A DNA stretch of 64,000 nt from Selaginella moellendorffii (Eukaryota > Plantae > Lycopodiophyta). A program made the position numbers and the translations under genes. Each line of letters opens with the position of its first letter. Position 1 is the first letter of the stretch. Positions 12,750-25,700 of this stretch are shown here, one piece after another. The stretch spans positions 282,479 through 346,478 of the forward strand of contig NW_003314364.1 of the NCBI RefSeq assembly GCF_000143415.4, written 5' to 3'. Under the pieces are notes generated by a model, which did not search any database, was not told the DNA's origin, and was given only the letters and a program-made list of their open reading frames with translations.

Positions 12750-14100
12750 TGACATTATAAAGGCGGAGCAGGACGGGTAGGTTATTTTATGTTCTCTCTT
12801 GGTTCTCGCTACCCTACGTCTTTGCTCGGTGGCCAACATTCTCCTCTCTTTAGTCATGGCAACATTGGTGGAAAAACGATCCTGCTACATTTCAGGCAAT
12901 GATGAATCACCTCTTTTTCATTGTATTTCTTAATGACATTCTCTTGTATAGCAGCTCTTGGGAGGAACATTTATGCCACTTCGAGAAGACTCTTCAAGTT
13001 CTTGACGAGTTCTCGCTTGTGGGCAAATTGAGCAAGTGTTCCTTCGGTATAACAGAGATTAAAAAAGAACGTAGCTCTTTGACTGACCGGCCAGTTCGCT
13101 ATCGCCTTTACCTGCCCCCCATCAATAATGAAGCCGAGGTACTCGGCCTTTGCAACTATCTCAGTAAGTTTGTTGTAAATTATGCATCTACCACTGTCTG
13201 ATCTTTTAGGTCCATCCAGTTTACTTGGAATGAGAACACTCATTTTGCTTTTGAGTACTGGATTTCTCCAGACAGTATGAAGCTTAATTTTCGGTAGGCA
13301 TACCATCCAGAGTCGGATGCTCAGGCAGAAATGCTCGTGTTTGCTGCAGTGGCAAACCGACATCATGGCTTCACGTGCAGTATGAATTTAACAAAACACT
13401 CCACTTGGCCATTGGGATGCTACCATACACAACTCTGTATGGACGGGAAGTTCCAGGTCTGTTTGATTTTAAACCCACAGATTCACCGGCTGGCAACGAA
13501 CACCTGCTTGCTCTTCGGGAAATCCAGTTGCTGGTTTTACACCATTTAGAAGCAGCCAGGAACCGATGAAGCAGTCTGCTGACGGAAGACACTCATTTCG
13601 TGAATTTCAAGTGGATATGTATGTTTTTGTCGAGTGGCAGACATATTGGGAAGCAGAAGAGTGTCCCAAGTCCAAGCTCCATCCTCGCTCTTATCAGGTC
13701 GACAAACAAATCAATGAGGTGGTGTACAAACTTTTCCACAAGATTCGCGCCTTCACATGACTATTTCCAAGCCAGCCAGAAATACCAACTTCAACAATAG
13801 CCATGGGTGACAGATTGTTACTTATCACAGAGATGGTCGTGGCTCAGGAAGATCAGGTGTTGTGCAACAAGACATTCTCCCGTTTTCGGATTCATTGGTA
13901 GGGGATGATAGCAGAGAATGACACCTGGGTTCTACTAAGGAACTGGCCGCTCTGCATGATTCTGGGGGTGCTGTGCTGCAAGTACAGAGTATTCGACCAT
14001 GTTATGAGTATAAAGGTGGAGCAGGGGGTGGTGACGGGTAGGTTATTTTATGTTCTCTCACTTATGGCTAACATTCTATTCTCTTTATTCCTTCATTGTA
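12750..14100 (+). mobile_element. heavily deleted Ty3/gypsy chromovirus remnant
   Basis: RT (FLNDILLYSSSWEEHL...KLSKCSF), integrase (AYHPESDAQ) and chromodomain-like (IHW*G...ENDTW) fragments. Flanking related repeats GACGGGTAGGTTATTTTATGTTCTCTC at ~12772 and ~14033. Confidence 0.7.
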
Positions 14101-15464
14101 CATCAGGATTGTTCCCAATTCAGCAATATAATCATGCTGTTTGTAGCCAACTGGAGACCTTGTTTGTCTCCAACATTATAAGGAATTCCTATAAGAATTT
14201 ACTCAGAATACAAAATTATATACCTCTGTGTATTGATCTTTATTATCACTCTCAGATGTTGAAGAAAAGTTTTGCTTCTCCTTAGATCATTATATTCTCT
14301 TCTCTTGATTCTTGAGCAATAGAAGAGATGATCTTAACAGTGGTATGGGATAGACTGTCCACTTATACCATCTTGCTCTTCCATGAGACCTAACAAAAAT
14401 CTCAAGCAAAAAAATGTTATTATCTATAACAAAGAAGTTTGTATAACAAAAAAGTTTGAAATTGATAATAGAAACTTACTCATGTTTCTTAAACTTGATT
14501 GTGTATACTATATGTCAAAACCTCCTTACAAATATTGTCATCGAAAGATTAACTATTTCAAATATGAATCACCTTGTGGATTTTTTAATACCAATTGGAT
14601 CTAGACTCCACCATGGTGCCCCGCCCAGCAACAAACAGGCTCACCTCAAAGATGACCCTAATCGCTATGTACCCATAATGGCAGATCATAAAAAGCATCT
14701 GATCACATTGGATGCCCATCGGATGTGCATAATAGATGGCAGGCCAATCAAATGTTGCCACCTGGCAAATGCAATATTCCACAGTACAAATTCTTTTTCA
14801 TGGACACTCCATACCTATAGGAATTCCAACATTTTTTGGATTCTAGAGGTTTTAGCAATTTAACTGCTTTTTATTTGTGGATGCACTTGAAGATTTGTGA
14901 GACCAAGACAATGGACTACTTGGCATCTTATCTACAGATTTTAAAGCCACCATTGTACAACTATATAAAGTTCATTGATGTAAATTGGACAACATATACA
15001 GTAAGATACCACTATTAGAGGTATTTCATCATGTCCTCATTAATGTTGCCATGAATCACAGTGGTACTACATGGGGGATTATGAATGCCTACTCAAGCTA
15101 TCGAATGGTAGGATACTGTTTTAGCCGACATCAAATTTGCAAAGCTTTAGCTATACACAACCCTACAAGGCTTGCACAAAGGCACTTATCTAGGATTCAA
15201 AGATGGATATATACCAATGAAGTGCCATATACACTGTGCCACATGGATTGTGAGTACCTGATTTAGTTTTCAAACTTTTTTATGTTACCATCTCATACTT
15301 TGCTCTCATAGTGTATTATAAACTAGTATCATACAAATTTTTTTATCCATGCCATGATTTGTGGTGCTATATATTACAACATCTCTTGCAAGTATTGACT
15401 ACAAAGTAGTCATATGCAATTTTGAACACCTATGCGCATGCTATTCACAAATTTGGTCATTCAA

Positions 15465-16364
15465 TGTTGCAAATGTGACTTCGGGTATTGAAAAATACTT
15501 GTCAGTCATTCCTTATGGACACTTTTTCCTTACTGCCATGACGGCAGAAAGTCGGTACAGTTGGTTCCCTTTATTGTTCCCACTTGAGCTAGTTGAGAAA
15601 CTGGTCAATGACCATGTACTTAAATCATATAAACATAAGGTAGGAACCCTATGTGTTTCTTGCTGAGCATACTCGGCTTGGTTTGAGAAACTCCTATCAT
15701 TAGCTTGCAGTTGCTAGTATCAAGAACCCCCGTATATTGAGATTAGTCCCTCAATATCGCTGAATGATAGCTTACCGTGTTTGCCAAACACCCTTGCTAT
15801 CATACCTTTAGTGTTAGTATCATTTCGGTCCCAAATGCTAATTATGGAAAGTGTCTAGATTTGCTCATTTGGCATATTTATGGAATGTAAAGATCGGCCT
15901 AAACACAATGGTGTTTGTCCTGTGTCCAAATTCACAATCTATTTAGTAAGTTTCGAGCTTGTCCTAGAGACTAACTCCTGGTACTAAAGGAAGCTTGGGG
16001 TGAAAGCCCAAAGCGTGTGTCCCTCAAGGGGGGGGCTGTAGGTGGTTCCAAATGTATAGTAGGGATAGTGGTTGAAATGTATGTTTAACCACTTGAGACA
16101 TTAGTTTGGCTCCCGCTGGGCTATGTCGCTCCTTGTTTTGTGTTTGGCTTGGGTCTAAGCCCAAGTTCCATGCTGCTCTAGTTGGTGGGGTACCCTCCTC
16201 CTTGCGTTAGGCCACCGGTATGCCAAAATTGTGCTAGACTCCGTCTGACACCATTTTGCATGCAGGTGCTGGATACGAAGAGCTGGTGCTCATGGGATTG
16301 TACTAGACCCTTGTTTCGTAGCGCAACGGGCTTGGATTTCGGCTCTAAATTCATGTGTGCTACA
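15465..16364. mobile_element. solo LTR, family 3
   Basis: TG...GTGTGCTACA ends. Homologous to 18826-19881. Imperfect TSD TTCAA/TCCAG. Confidence 0.7.
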
Positions 16365-16656
16365 TCCAGAATGGATTAAGAGCGATCACATATTAGAGGC
16401 CATTAATGTAGAGAGGGATATGAATAAAATATGGGCCTCCCAAGCTAGGGCTTTTATCCATGCACTTCAACACAAAACTAGGTACAAAATATCTACTCAA
16501 ATCTTTCCAGATTTTGGTTTTCATCTTCCAACAAATTGAACATCTCTGGAGAAGGCTTTACAAGAAAGTGATATGGTTTTATAAGCAATTATTTGAGTCA
16601 ATGGAGGATATTGGCATTTAGATGCATCAAATGTATGGCATATACAAAGCTTGAGG

Positions 16657-16872
16657 CATGTATATATATGTATGTATATGTATGTATATATATGTATATA
16701 TATGTATATATATTCTTACCCAAACTCATGCTCTATAGGTTAAAATAAACATGAGAAGCTCTAAAATAGTCACCATTTTGAATTGCTCAAATCTCATAAA
16801 GGTTTCAAGTTGCAACCCAATATGCACTATTTTAGCATGTGTTAAGTGTATATATATACATATATATGTATG

Positions 16873-16903
<31 letters not shown>

Positions 16904-16930
16904 GTATATATGTATGTATATGTATATATT
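16657..16930. repeat. two (TA)n/(TATG)n microsatellites (16657-16712, 16847-16930)
   Basis: Directly visible. Confidence 0.95.
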
Positions 16931-17114
16931 TATTTGTTTCTTTAATATGTTTATTATTTTCACAATATAGTCAAAACATTGAGTAGTAAGGATATTGAAC
17001 TCTTGCCTAAACCATTTCTATATAGTGTTGAAGGTGTTAATTTGACATAGGTATTTAGTTATACCTTTTTTGTGATATTCTCTATGCTAAGAATTTCCTT
17101 GTTTTGAGTAGCAC

Positions 17115-18123
17115 TGTAGCGCATGTGATCATGGGATGAGATTTGGATATACTGTCATCATGGAACCTTGGAACCTTAGGGGATAAATGGGGATAAAATA
17201 GCCATTAAGGGCTCTCTCATCAAGCAATTGGCCCTTTTCCAGTTGGCTTAAGGGGAGAGAGATAAAGTGCGTTGTAGTTGGTATCGAAGTAAATGGCACG
17301 GGTTTGATTCCCATTGATTAGTGGCTACTTAAAATATAATATACCCTTGAGCAAGGTATATTCCTACCCCTAAATTTGAAAATCATATGTATTAGGCATC
17401 CATGCATACATCCTTCCTCTTGTGAAGCATCCCAAATGAAGGTATCCACCGTGGGACTGTGGTACGAGTGGATTACTAGTTGCCTCACATGGAAACACAA
17501 AGCATCCCAGACGAAGGTATCCACCATGGGACTGCGGTACGGGTGGATGATTAGTTGCCTCACATGGAATAACTGGTTTATATAGAGCATCCCAGACGAA
17601 AGTATCCACTGTGGGACTATAGTACGGATGGATGACTAATTGCCTCACATAGAATAGCGGATCTACACAATGGAAAGATTGATAGATTGAGTGTAGATAG
17701 TCAATAGTCAATGAGGACATTAACATCTCTGAAGGTATCCATCGTGGGACTGCAGTATGGGTGGATGATTAGTTGCCTCACATGGAATAGTTAGTTTACA
17801 TAGAGCATCCCAGACGAAAGTATTCACCGTGGGACTGCAGTACGGATGGATGACTAATTGCCTCACATGGAATAGCTGATCTACACAATGGAAAGATTGA
17901 TAGATTGAGTGTAGATAGTCAATAGTCAATGAGGACATTAACATCTCTGAAGGGGGGGTGAGTATAGCGCATATGATCATGGGATGAGATTTGGATATAC
18001 TATCACTGTGGATCCTTGGAACCTTGGGGGATAAATAGGGATAAAATAGCTACTAAGGGTTTTCTTATCAAGCAATTACCCTTTTCCAGTTGACTTAAGG
18101 GGAGAGAGATAAGGTGCACTACA
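17115..18123 (+). mobile_element. TRIM (non-autonomous LTR retrotransposon)
   Basis: LTRs 17115-17276 and 17963-18123, PBS TGGTATCGAAG at 17279, PPT GAAGGGGGGGTGAG, perfect TSD AGCAC, internal ~75-bp tandem units. Confidence 0.9.
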
Positions 18124-18280
18124 AGCACATAATAACAATCTGGAATCAAACATTTTCACTCTATCATACTAGGCTAAATTTGAATAATACCTTCTACACT
18201 TGGACTTGTCAATACAATGTGTATTAGAAAATGTAGAAAGCATCCCACTCACAAATTACATTGCAACAACACTACCCATA

Positions 18281-19995
18281 TATAGTGCATGTGTTCATGG
18301 GATGAATTTAGATATACTATCACTGTAGATCCTTAGAACCTTTGGGGATAAATGGGGATAGAATAACCATTAAAAGTTCTCTCATAATGCAATTGCCTTT
18401 TTTCCAGTTGGCTTAAAAGGAGAGAAATAGAGTGTGTTACATGTGGTATTGGAGTAAATGGCATGGGTTCAATTCTCATTAATTAATGGCTACTTAAAAA
18501 TATAACATACCCTTGAGTAAGGTATATTCATACCCTTAAAATTAAAATCATATGTATTGGGCATCCATAAGTACATCCTTCATCTTGTAAGGTATCTATT
18601 ATGGGATTGTGGCACGGGTGGATGATTAGTTGTCTCATATGGAATAGTTAGTTTACACAATAGAAAAATTGGTAGATTCAATGTGGAAATGAAGATGTTA
18701 ATTCCCCTTGGCTTAATAGAGGTTGTTAGTTAATAGTTAATAAGGACATTGACATCTCTAAAGGGGGACTAAAGGTAATGTATATGATCATAGGATGATA
18801 TTTGGATATACTATCATTGTGAATCTGTCATGAATATGACTTCGGGTATCGAAAGTTACCTGTCGGCCAGTCCTTATGGACACTCTTTTCTTACTACCAC
18901 GTTGGTACAAGGTCAGTATTGCTGGTTCCCTTTATTAGCCCCTCTTTTTCAAGTGTTAGTAAACTAGACTTTGCATCTGTACTTGGCCGGACGAGCATAA
19001 GAAAGGAATTCCTAAGTGTCTATTTAGCCAAGTATACTTAGCTTGGCTTGTTAGTTCTCTTTTGCTCTGTCTTGCACTGGCTTGACAAGAAGCCTTGTGT
19101 ATTGAAATTAGTTCCTCAATATCGCTACATGATAGCTTACCGTGTTTGCCAAACACTCTCGCTATCATGCCCTTTGTGTTAGTCTCATTCCGGTCCCAAA
19201 TGCTATTTATGAAAAGTGTCCAGATTTGCTCATTTGGCATATCTCGAGTTTGTCCTAGAGACTAACTCCTGATACTAAGGGAGGCTTGGGGTGAAAGCCC
19301 AAAGTGCCTCAAGTTGGTCAACCATGCCTGACCTACCCACTATCCCTATTATCCATTTGGAACCCCCCACAGCCCCCCCCCCCCCTTTGAGGAACACACA
19401 GTCTAGCTCCCACTTGCATGCCTGTCCTTGTTCTGCGTCCGGCTTAGGTCTAACCCCAAGTTCCATGCTAGCTAGTGGAGTACCCATGTCCTTGCGTTAG
19501 GCCACCGGTATGCCGAAATAACGCCAAACTCTATTTGGCTCCGTTTTGCATGCTGGTCCTAGCATTGGGATGCTGGTTGTTTTAGGACTGTTCCAAGTTG
19601 CTCTGTGCTTCTGTCCCTTTGCTCCTCGGGCTGTATGCTTGGGAGTTGTTTCGTGGTCCAATTCCATCACTCCTTGGCTCCATGCTTGGGAGTTTGGCAC
19701 TATTCCTTTGTTCAGTGGCCGAAGGCCTTGAACCTCAGGTTCCACACCACTGTCCTATGGACACATGGCATGTGACATGTGGCATCTAACACGTGGCATG
19801 TGGAGGGTTTAGGTTCCACTTCGTGGTGTTATCCTATGGTAAATCACCATAGGATAAAGGGTAGAAACCACGTGTGCTACATTATCCTTGGAACATTAGA
19901 GGATAAATGAAGGTAAAATAACCATTAAAGGCTTCATCATCAAACAATTCCCCATTTTTTAGTTGGCTTAAGGGGAGAGAGATAGAGTGTATTAC
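18281..19995 (+). mobile_element. second, older TRIM of the same family, 3' LTR interrupted by a solo LTR
   Basis: LTR 18281-18441, PBS TGGTATTGGAG, PPT AAAGGGGGA, TSD CCATA/CCACA. Confidence 0.8.
18826..19881. mobile_element. solo LTR, family 3, nested in TRIM 3' LTR
   Basis: TGTCATG...GTGTGCTACA. The TRIM LTR resumes on both sides. Confidence 0.8.
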
Positions 19996-20023
19996 ACCAC
20001 AGCTACTCTAGTCATTACAAGAG

Positions 20024-20128
20024 TGTAAGTCACAAATTTTTTTTTTTCAATTTGCCAACTTACATTGTTTATTTGTCCACCTTTGCCTTGGCCTCAATTA
20101 AGTTCCTTTGCCAAGATTTCTACTTATT
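20024..20128 (-). mobile_element. family-2 LTR fragment (continues at 35691-35870) interrupted by the 20129-35690 element
   Basis: Reverse complement of the family-2 LTR 3' end. Sequence resumes after 35690. Confidence 0.65.
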
Positions 20129-22222
20129 TGTAAGGAACCAACTCCCCGAGGTGTCGAAGGCTAAAGGATCCCCGAAAACACGACCAAAATGATAAAGAGT
20201 TTATCAGATGAGACTGAGTCCGACATCGAGTTCGAGACTGACTCTAAGACCAAGTTCGAGACCGAGTCCAAGATCAAGTCCGAGACCAACTTCGAGACCG
20301 ACTTTGAGATCGAGTTCAAAACCAAGTCCAAGATATGATATCGGGTCTGAGATCCGATATCGGGTCCAAGATCAAGTCTGAGATTGAGTCTGAGATCGAG
20401 TCCAAGACCAAGTCCGAAGTCGAGTCCGAGATCGAGTTTGGGATCGAGTCCAAGACCGAGTCCGAATACTAATACAAGTTGTGAAAGCCTAAAGCATGTG
20501 TCTCCCGGGGGGGCCTGCAAGGGGTTCCAAAAGTATAGTAGAGATAATGAGGTCCAGGAACCAGTCTTGAAGGAACTCTCCAGTGGTGCTTCCAAACTAA
20601 CTTGAGGTTGAGACTGGGGTTGAGGGGCCTTGGGTGGGAGTGAGCATAGACTCAGGTGGTGCCGGAAGGGCCACCCAAGGAAGTGCTCAAGAGCAGCTCC
20701 CACTCCCAGAAGGGAAACCGATTATGGTGCTCTCGGCTCATGTGGAGTGGTGCCCCACTTGAGTACCTTGTGGCTCATTGGTCCTCGCCCTTCCTAGGGG
20801 CTTGGGCCTTCCCCTTGGGATGGAAGTGGGGGGGCAGGGTAGAGGTACCCATACTGGGCCGTTAGGCCACGATGTTTCCCCTTGGCGTCCCAAAGGAAGT
20901 GTTGCACCCAAGGCTTAGGATTTAGAGGGTCCTATGATCAAGTCTTGTTGTACCAAGGGATGTTAGGAACTTGGAGTCTTGGTGTGCTTGGCTGTTTGTG
21001 CCTGCGGGGAGTGTAGTTAAACCTTAAGTATAGTCTAACTCGGGGAAGGGGTATTGGGACAGATTTGGGAATTTGTGGATGGATGGCTAACGCTCCGTTG
21101 CTTGTTGAGTGAGTAGCTGAAACTAAGTAGGACCAAGTAGGAGTTGGTACAATAAGCGGGAACCTTGGCAAGGGAACTTAGCTAAAGCCAAGGCAGTATT
21201 GGTCAGATAGACGAGGTAAGCTAGCAAATGGGAAAGGAAAAATTTGTGGCTTACAATTTGGTATTGAAACCTTTTCCTAAGTTCTAGCGAAGGATAGAGG
21301 CGGATTGCTAGGAGATGACAAAGGCAGGGCATAAATGAACCAAGGCGAAGACGGAACCTCCTCCAGAGCTAGAGCCTCCAGTCAAACAAAAGGTTATGGA
21401 TGAGGAATCCTTGCATGAGGAGGACTCTAGTGAGGAAACTTCCAAACAGGAGTCCGGTGGCAAGGTACGGTCATCCAAGGCTCGATTGGATGTTCTAAAA
21501 GGACAATTGGCATAGATCAATACCCTGCTGAAGACTCTCATACGCAAGCTAAAACGTGACGAGAAGTGAAAGAAAAAGCAAAAGACTGCGGATGTTGGTA
21601 GCACAAAAGGTGCAGACCCTTTGGCAGGGACTGAGGCAGAACCAACCAAGATCAAACAGAGTGAAGTGGAATCAATCCCTCAGGCAGTTCCTAAGTACAA
21701 ACCAAAGCACCAATCTTCAAGGGAGTGAATGACTATATGGTGGTGGAGGATTGATTTTACCATATGGAGGACTATTTTTGAGCATTGCACATGGAGAAGG
21801 TCCCATGTGCAAAACCATAATTGGCAGATAATGCCAAGTCTTGATGGAGAATGATAAAGGCCAATGAAGGACCGGTGGCCACTTGAGAAATGATAAAGGC
21901 AAAGATTTGCACAACTTACATTCCTCCGAATGTTACTCTTCAGCTAAGGGATGAGCTGAGTAGGCTGAAGTAGAGTATGTGAATGGGTTTATGGCAAAGA
22001 GGATACTTGTCATAGGTATGGGTGACATGGATGCATTCCATGCTTGCATATCAGGCTTGCAAACTTGGGCTCGAGGTAAGCTGATGCGTTGGAACCCGAT
22101 CAACTACAAAGAAGCATTGGATGTGGCCATCAAGGTGCATTTCAATGATAACCTACAAAAGGGGAACATGGTAAGGTTGGGGTCCACGTTTAGCAAAGTG
22201 GCCAAACCAAGAGGGACATATG

Positions 22223-22756
22223 TGTGAGACACAAAATCCCTAGGCCCCAAAGTGGAGCCGGAAGGGCGCCACGTGGTAGTGGCCGAAGCGAGAGCCAAAC
22301 GAGCGTAACACGTTTGGACCAAAAGCTCCGACTTGAAAAGTCAAGAGCGGGAGTGGAACTCCCAACGAAGTGCTCGAGGAACAAGCACGAAGCGAGCAAA
22401 AAGCAAGGCTCCAAAAAGGGACCCAAAAGGACCAACACATGACACGTGGAAGTGTCCGAGATGGACCCGAGTTGGAGTCCGAAGTGGAGTCCGAGATGGA
22501 CCCGAGTTGGAGTCCGAAATGGAGTCCGAGATGGACCCGAGTTGGAGTCCGAAATGGAGTCCAAGATGGACCCGAGATGGAGTCCGAGATGGACCCGAGA
22601 TGGAGTCCGAGATGGACCCGAGATGGAGTCCGAGATAGACCCAAGATGGAGTCCGAGATGGAGTCCGAGATGGACCCGAGATGGAGTCCGAGATGGACCC
22701 GAGATGGAGTCCGAGATGGAGTCCGAGATGGAGTCCGAAGTCGAGACCGAGACCGG

Positions 22757-22788
<32 letters not shown>

Positions 22789-25700
22789 TCGGGACCGAGA
22801 CCGAGACCGAGGCCGAGGCCGAGACCGAGCCCGAGCCCGAGTCCGAGTCCGAGTCCGAGTCCGAGTCCGAGTCCGAGTCCGAGTCCGAGTCCGGAGCCTG
22901 AGAGGGTGAAAGCCCAAAGCGTTCGTCTCCCAGACCCTGGGGGGTTTGGTGAGCTCCAAAAGTATAGTAGGGGGAGGACTGCAGTGGAGCCAGTTTGGCC
23001 AGGAAAGGCCAGTTTGGCCCAGGAAGGCCGGACCCAGTGTTGGGTGATGAGCTGCCCACTGGGAAGTCCAAGACTAGAGTGAACACAGACCGACAAGCGG
23101 GGTAGCTTGGTGAAGTGTTCAAGAGCCGGCTCTAGTTCCCCCGGGAGATCGACTGGCCGATGCTCCCAGTCCAAGTGTGGGTGGCACTACCTACTTGGAT
23201 ACCTGGTGTGGCTCAACGGAACCCGCTCTAAGCCCATGGCTAGAGCACCTAAAGGCGAAAGGCGAGGAGAGTACCCAGGTGGCTCGCGTAAGGCCACGGT
23301 GTTCCGAAATGTTGTCCCGAAGGCCCAGACTGTGGAAAGGAAGAGGAACAGTCCTCTGGGGTAGTGACCAAGGACACAGTCGTGTGGTGAGGAAGTCCCA
23401 GAGGACCGTGGGACTTAGTGGTCGGGCCTGTGGGTCTCGATCCAGTGGCAGTGTTGGCAAACATGGCCAGGGGCAAAAAGGGACTTAGTGGGAACTGACA
23501 GAGGGATATTGGGGAAGGTTATTCCCCTTGTCGGTGGGCATCCTAAGGATGCTAAGGAGTGGATTTGAGATGACCACTCACGGATGGTTTGCCTAGTCTT
23601 GGAGAGCCAAGACTGTGATGCAAGTGGTATTGGACTACCAGTGTGGCAAAGGTGCCTTAGCGTAACGGGCTGCCATGTCGGTGGTACCTTTGAGTGTCGG
23701 TCATGGGATCGGACACGTGGAGCACTTGGACCAAGTGCAAATGTTGAGGGGCATGGATGCCCTTCTCGGGGCTAGCAAGTCCCAAGTCCTGGATTGGACT
23801 TATGGAGGTTGTGAATGAGACTCCTCCAAGTGGTCGGAGGTGTGGTTAAGTGACTAAAGTAGAATGGAAAATTTAGTCGCTTACAATTTGGTATCGGAGC
23901 TGTTCCTTAGTCCGACTTTTATTGGTGCTCAAGTATATCACCACTGGTGTTGGCAACGGAAGGTCCGAGAAGTGGGCCTATCCTTGAGGAGTAGCAGGTC
24001 GGGAAGACATGGCTCTCCATTACAGTTCATGTGTGAACTTGTAGACAAGGTGGTGGATAGAAAAGGGGCCAATAATGGAACGACTTTGGGATCTTGGGAA
24101 CAGTGTAAGGTTTTCCTCATTGAGTTGAGGAGGTGATCCAGATGAGCGTTTGACTCAGCAAACGGGCTAATGTAGTTGGGGTAAACAACTATAGTTGGGA
24201 TCACGGGGAAGATAGAGACTCCAAAAACAATAAAGGAGTCACAAGTTTATCCTCACATGGTTGAGGCTGGTGCTCATGAAGATGAGACCGGAATGGATGA
24301 CCGTGAGAGGTCAAGTATGGATGAGGACACGAGTCCTCGAAATGGTAGCCGGGGCTACCTCTAATAAATGCTGGAACAACCCAAAGAGTTAGGGGTGTAT
24401 TAAGTGGATGAGTTGGTATTCTCATCACATGGACAAGTAGTCCTAAGGGGCAAAAGTTGCCCCCAGAGAACAAAATCAAGTGTCGGAGTAACACTTGTGA
24501 AAATAGTCCTTTTGAGTAGGACAGGAATGCAAGAAGTGTATTCCAGTGAGCTAGTGCCTCACAAGTAGGACCTTACGGGTCTGTGGATTAACCAAGTCCA
24601 AAACTGCTAGACGACTCAAGTAGAGTCAAAGGATGGTCCTAAAAGGACTGATGGAAGCATTTGGACTGAGGTGCGTTGTACCCCACAAAGGATGGGGGGG
24701 GATCATAGGATCCAAGGATGAGAACAGAGGGTATCTCATCGATGGCAAAATGTGCCATGCTAAAGTCGTGGGAAAGGTGTTCCCAAAAAGAAAACAACTT
24801 TGACGCAAAGTTGTGTGTGACCTCTATGGTGCAGTGCTAACGGATGGTTGGCATGAGAAAGAGCGGTGTTGGTCTTGGCAAAGACATAAACACGAAGGGG
24901 AAGTGTCATAGAGGTAGGCTCGTGGAGCCGATGGTGTGGAGACACCAAATGTGCCAAGGTGTGATACCTTGAGGCTATGTTGGTGGGTTCATGAGAACCC
25001 TTTGCCAAAGGAATCCCAATGGAAATGGGAATGGCATAGCCTAAGCTGCAGAGCATGCAGTTGGAGTGTGGTGACCCAGATAATGATGGAGGTGTGAAAG
25101 CACCAAGCAATGAGTTGTAGGACTTGACAACTATGAGGCAACTAAGCAAGAGGTGCAAAATAACTGGTTAAATGGGTAGAAGGTAGCTACCCAAGACTTC
25201 TTAATAGCATAGGGAAGTCGGATATACCCTTACGGGGGATAAGTTGCTTGTGTTGCGATATAGTAAGTCAATGTCATAAAAGGAAATACTCATTGTCAAG
25301 AAAGCCATCATTGGGACACCCGAACACTCTAGAACACCAGAAGGTGGTGTTTGATGTCGCGAGGGCAATGGATAAAGCCCAAGGGACTAAGTCCCTAGCG
25401 AATGATGGATAGAAGGTGCTATCCAAATGTCCAAGGTTGCGGAGACAGGAGAGGACTGTCTACCCGAGTTGGACAAAGCCAAAAATGGAATTTTGGCAAG
25501 GCTAGTGATGGGCATGTAAAGGCCCATCAGCAACAATGTAATCCCAGTGTGTGGGATTATAAGGTGAGCATACCCGGATTGAGGAACCACTCCCTGGGCT
25601 ATTGGGTAGGTTCATCCCTAAGAATACTTGCTAAGGCATGATAGAAAGTGCAAAGCTATCCTCCGGGTCTGGAGGAGAATGACCGAAGGAAAGGTGTGAA

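Noticed and set aside
14340-15460. Possible old coding relic around the family-3 solo LTR
   Set aside because: No frame gave a recognisable motif
22190-23174. Many overlapping long ORFs (SDSDSD, RTRTRT, GLGLGL), also at 27973-29005, 34343-34873, 39332-40982 and 44121-44442
   Set aside because: Stop-free by-products of hexamer repeats within LTRs
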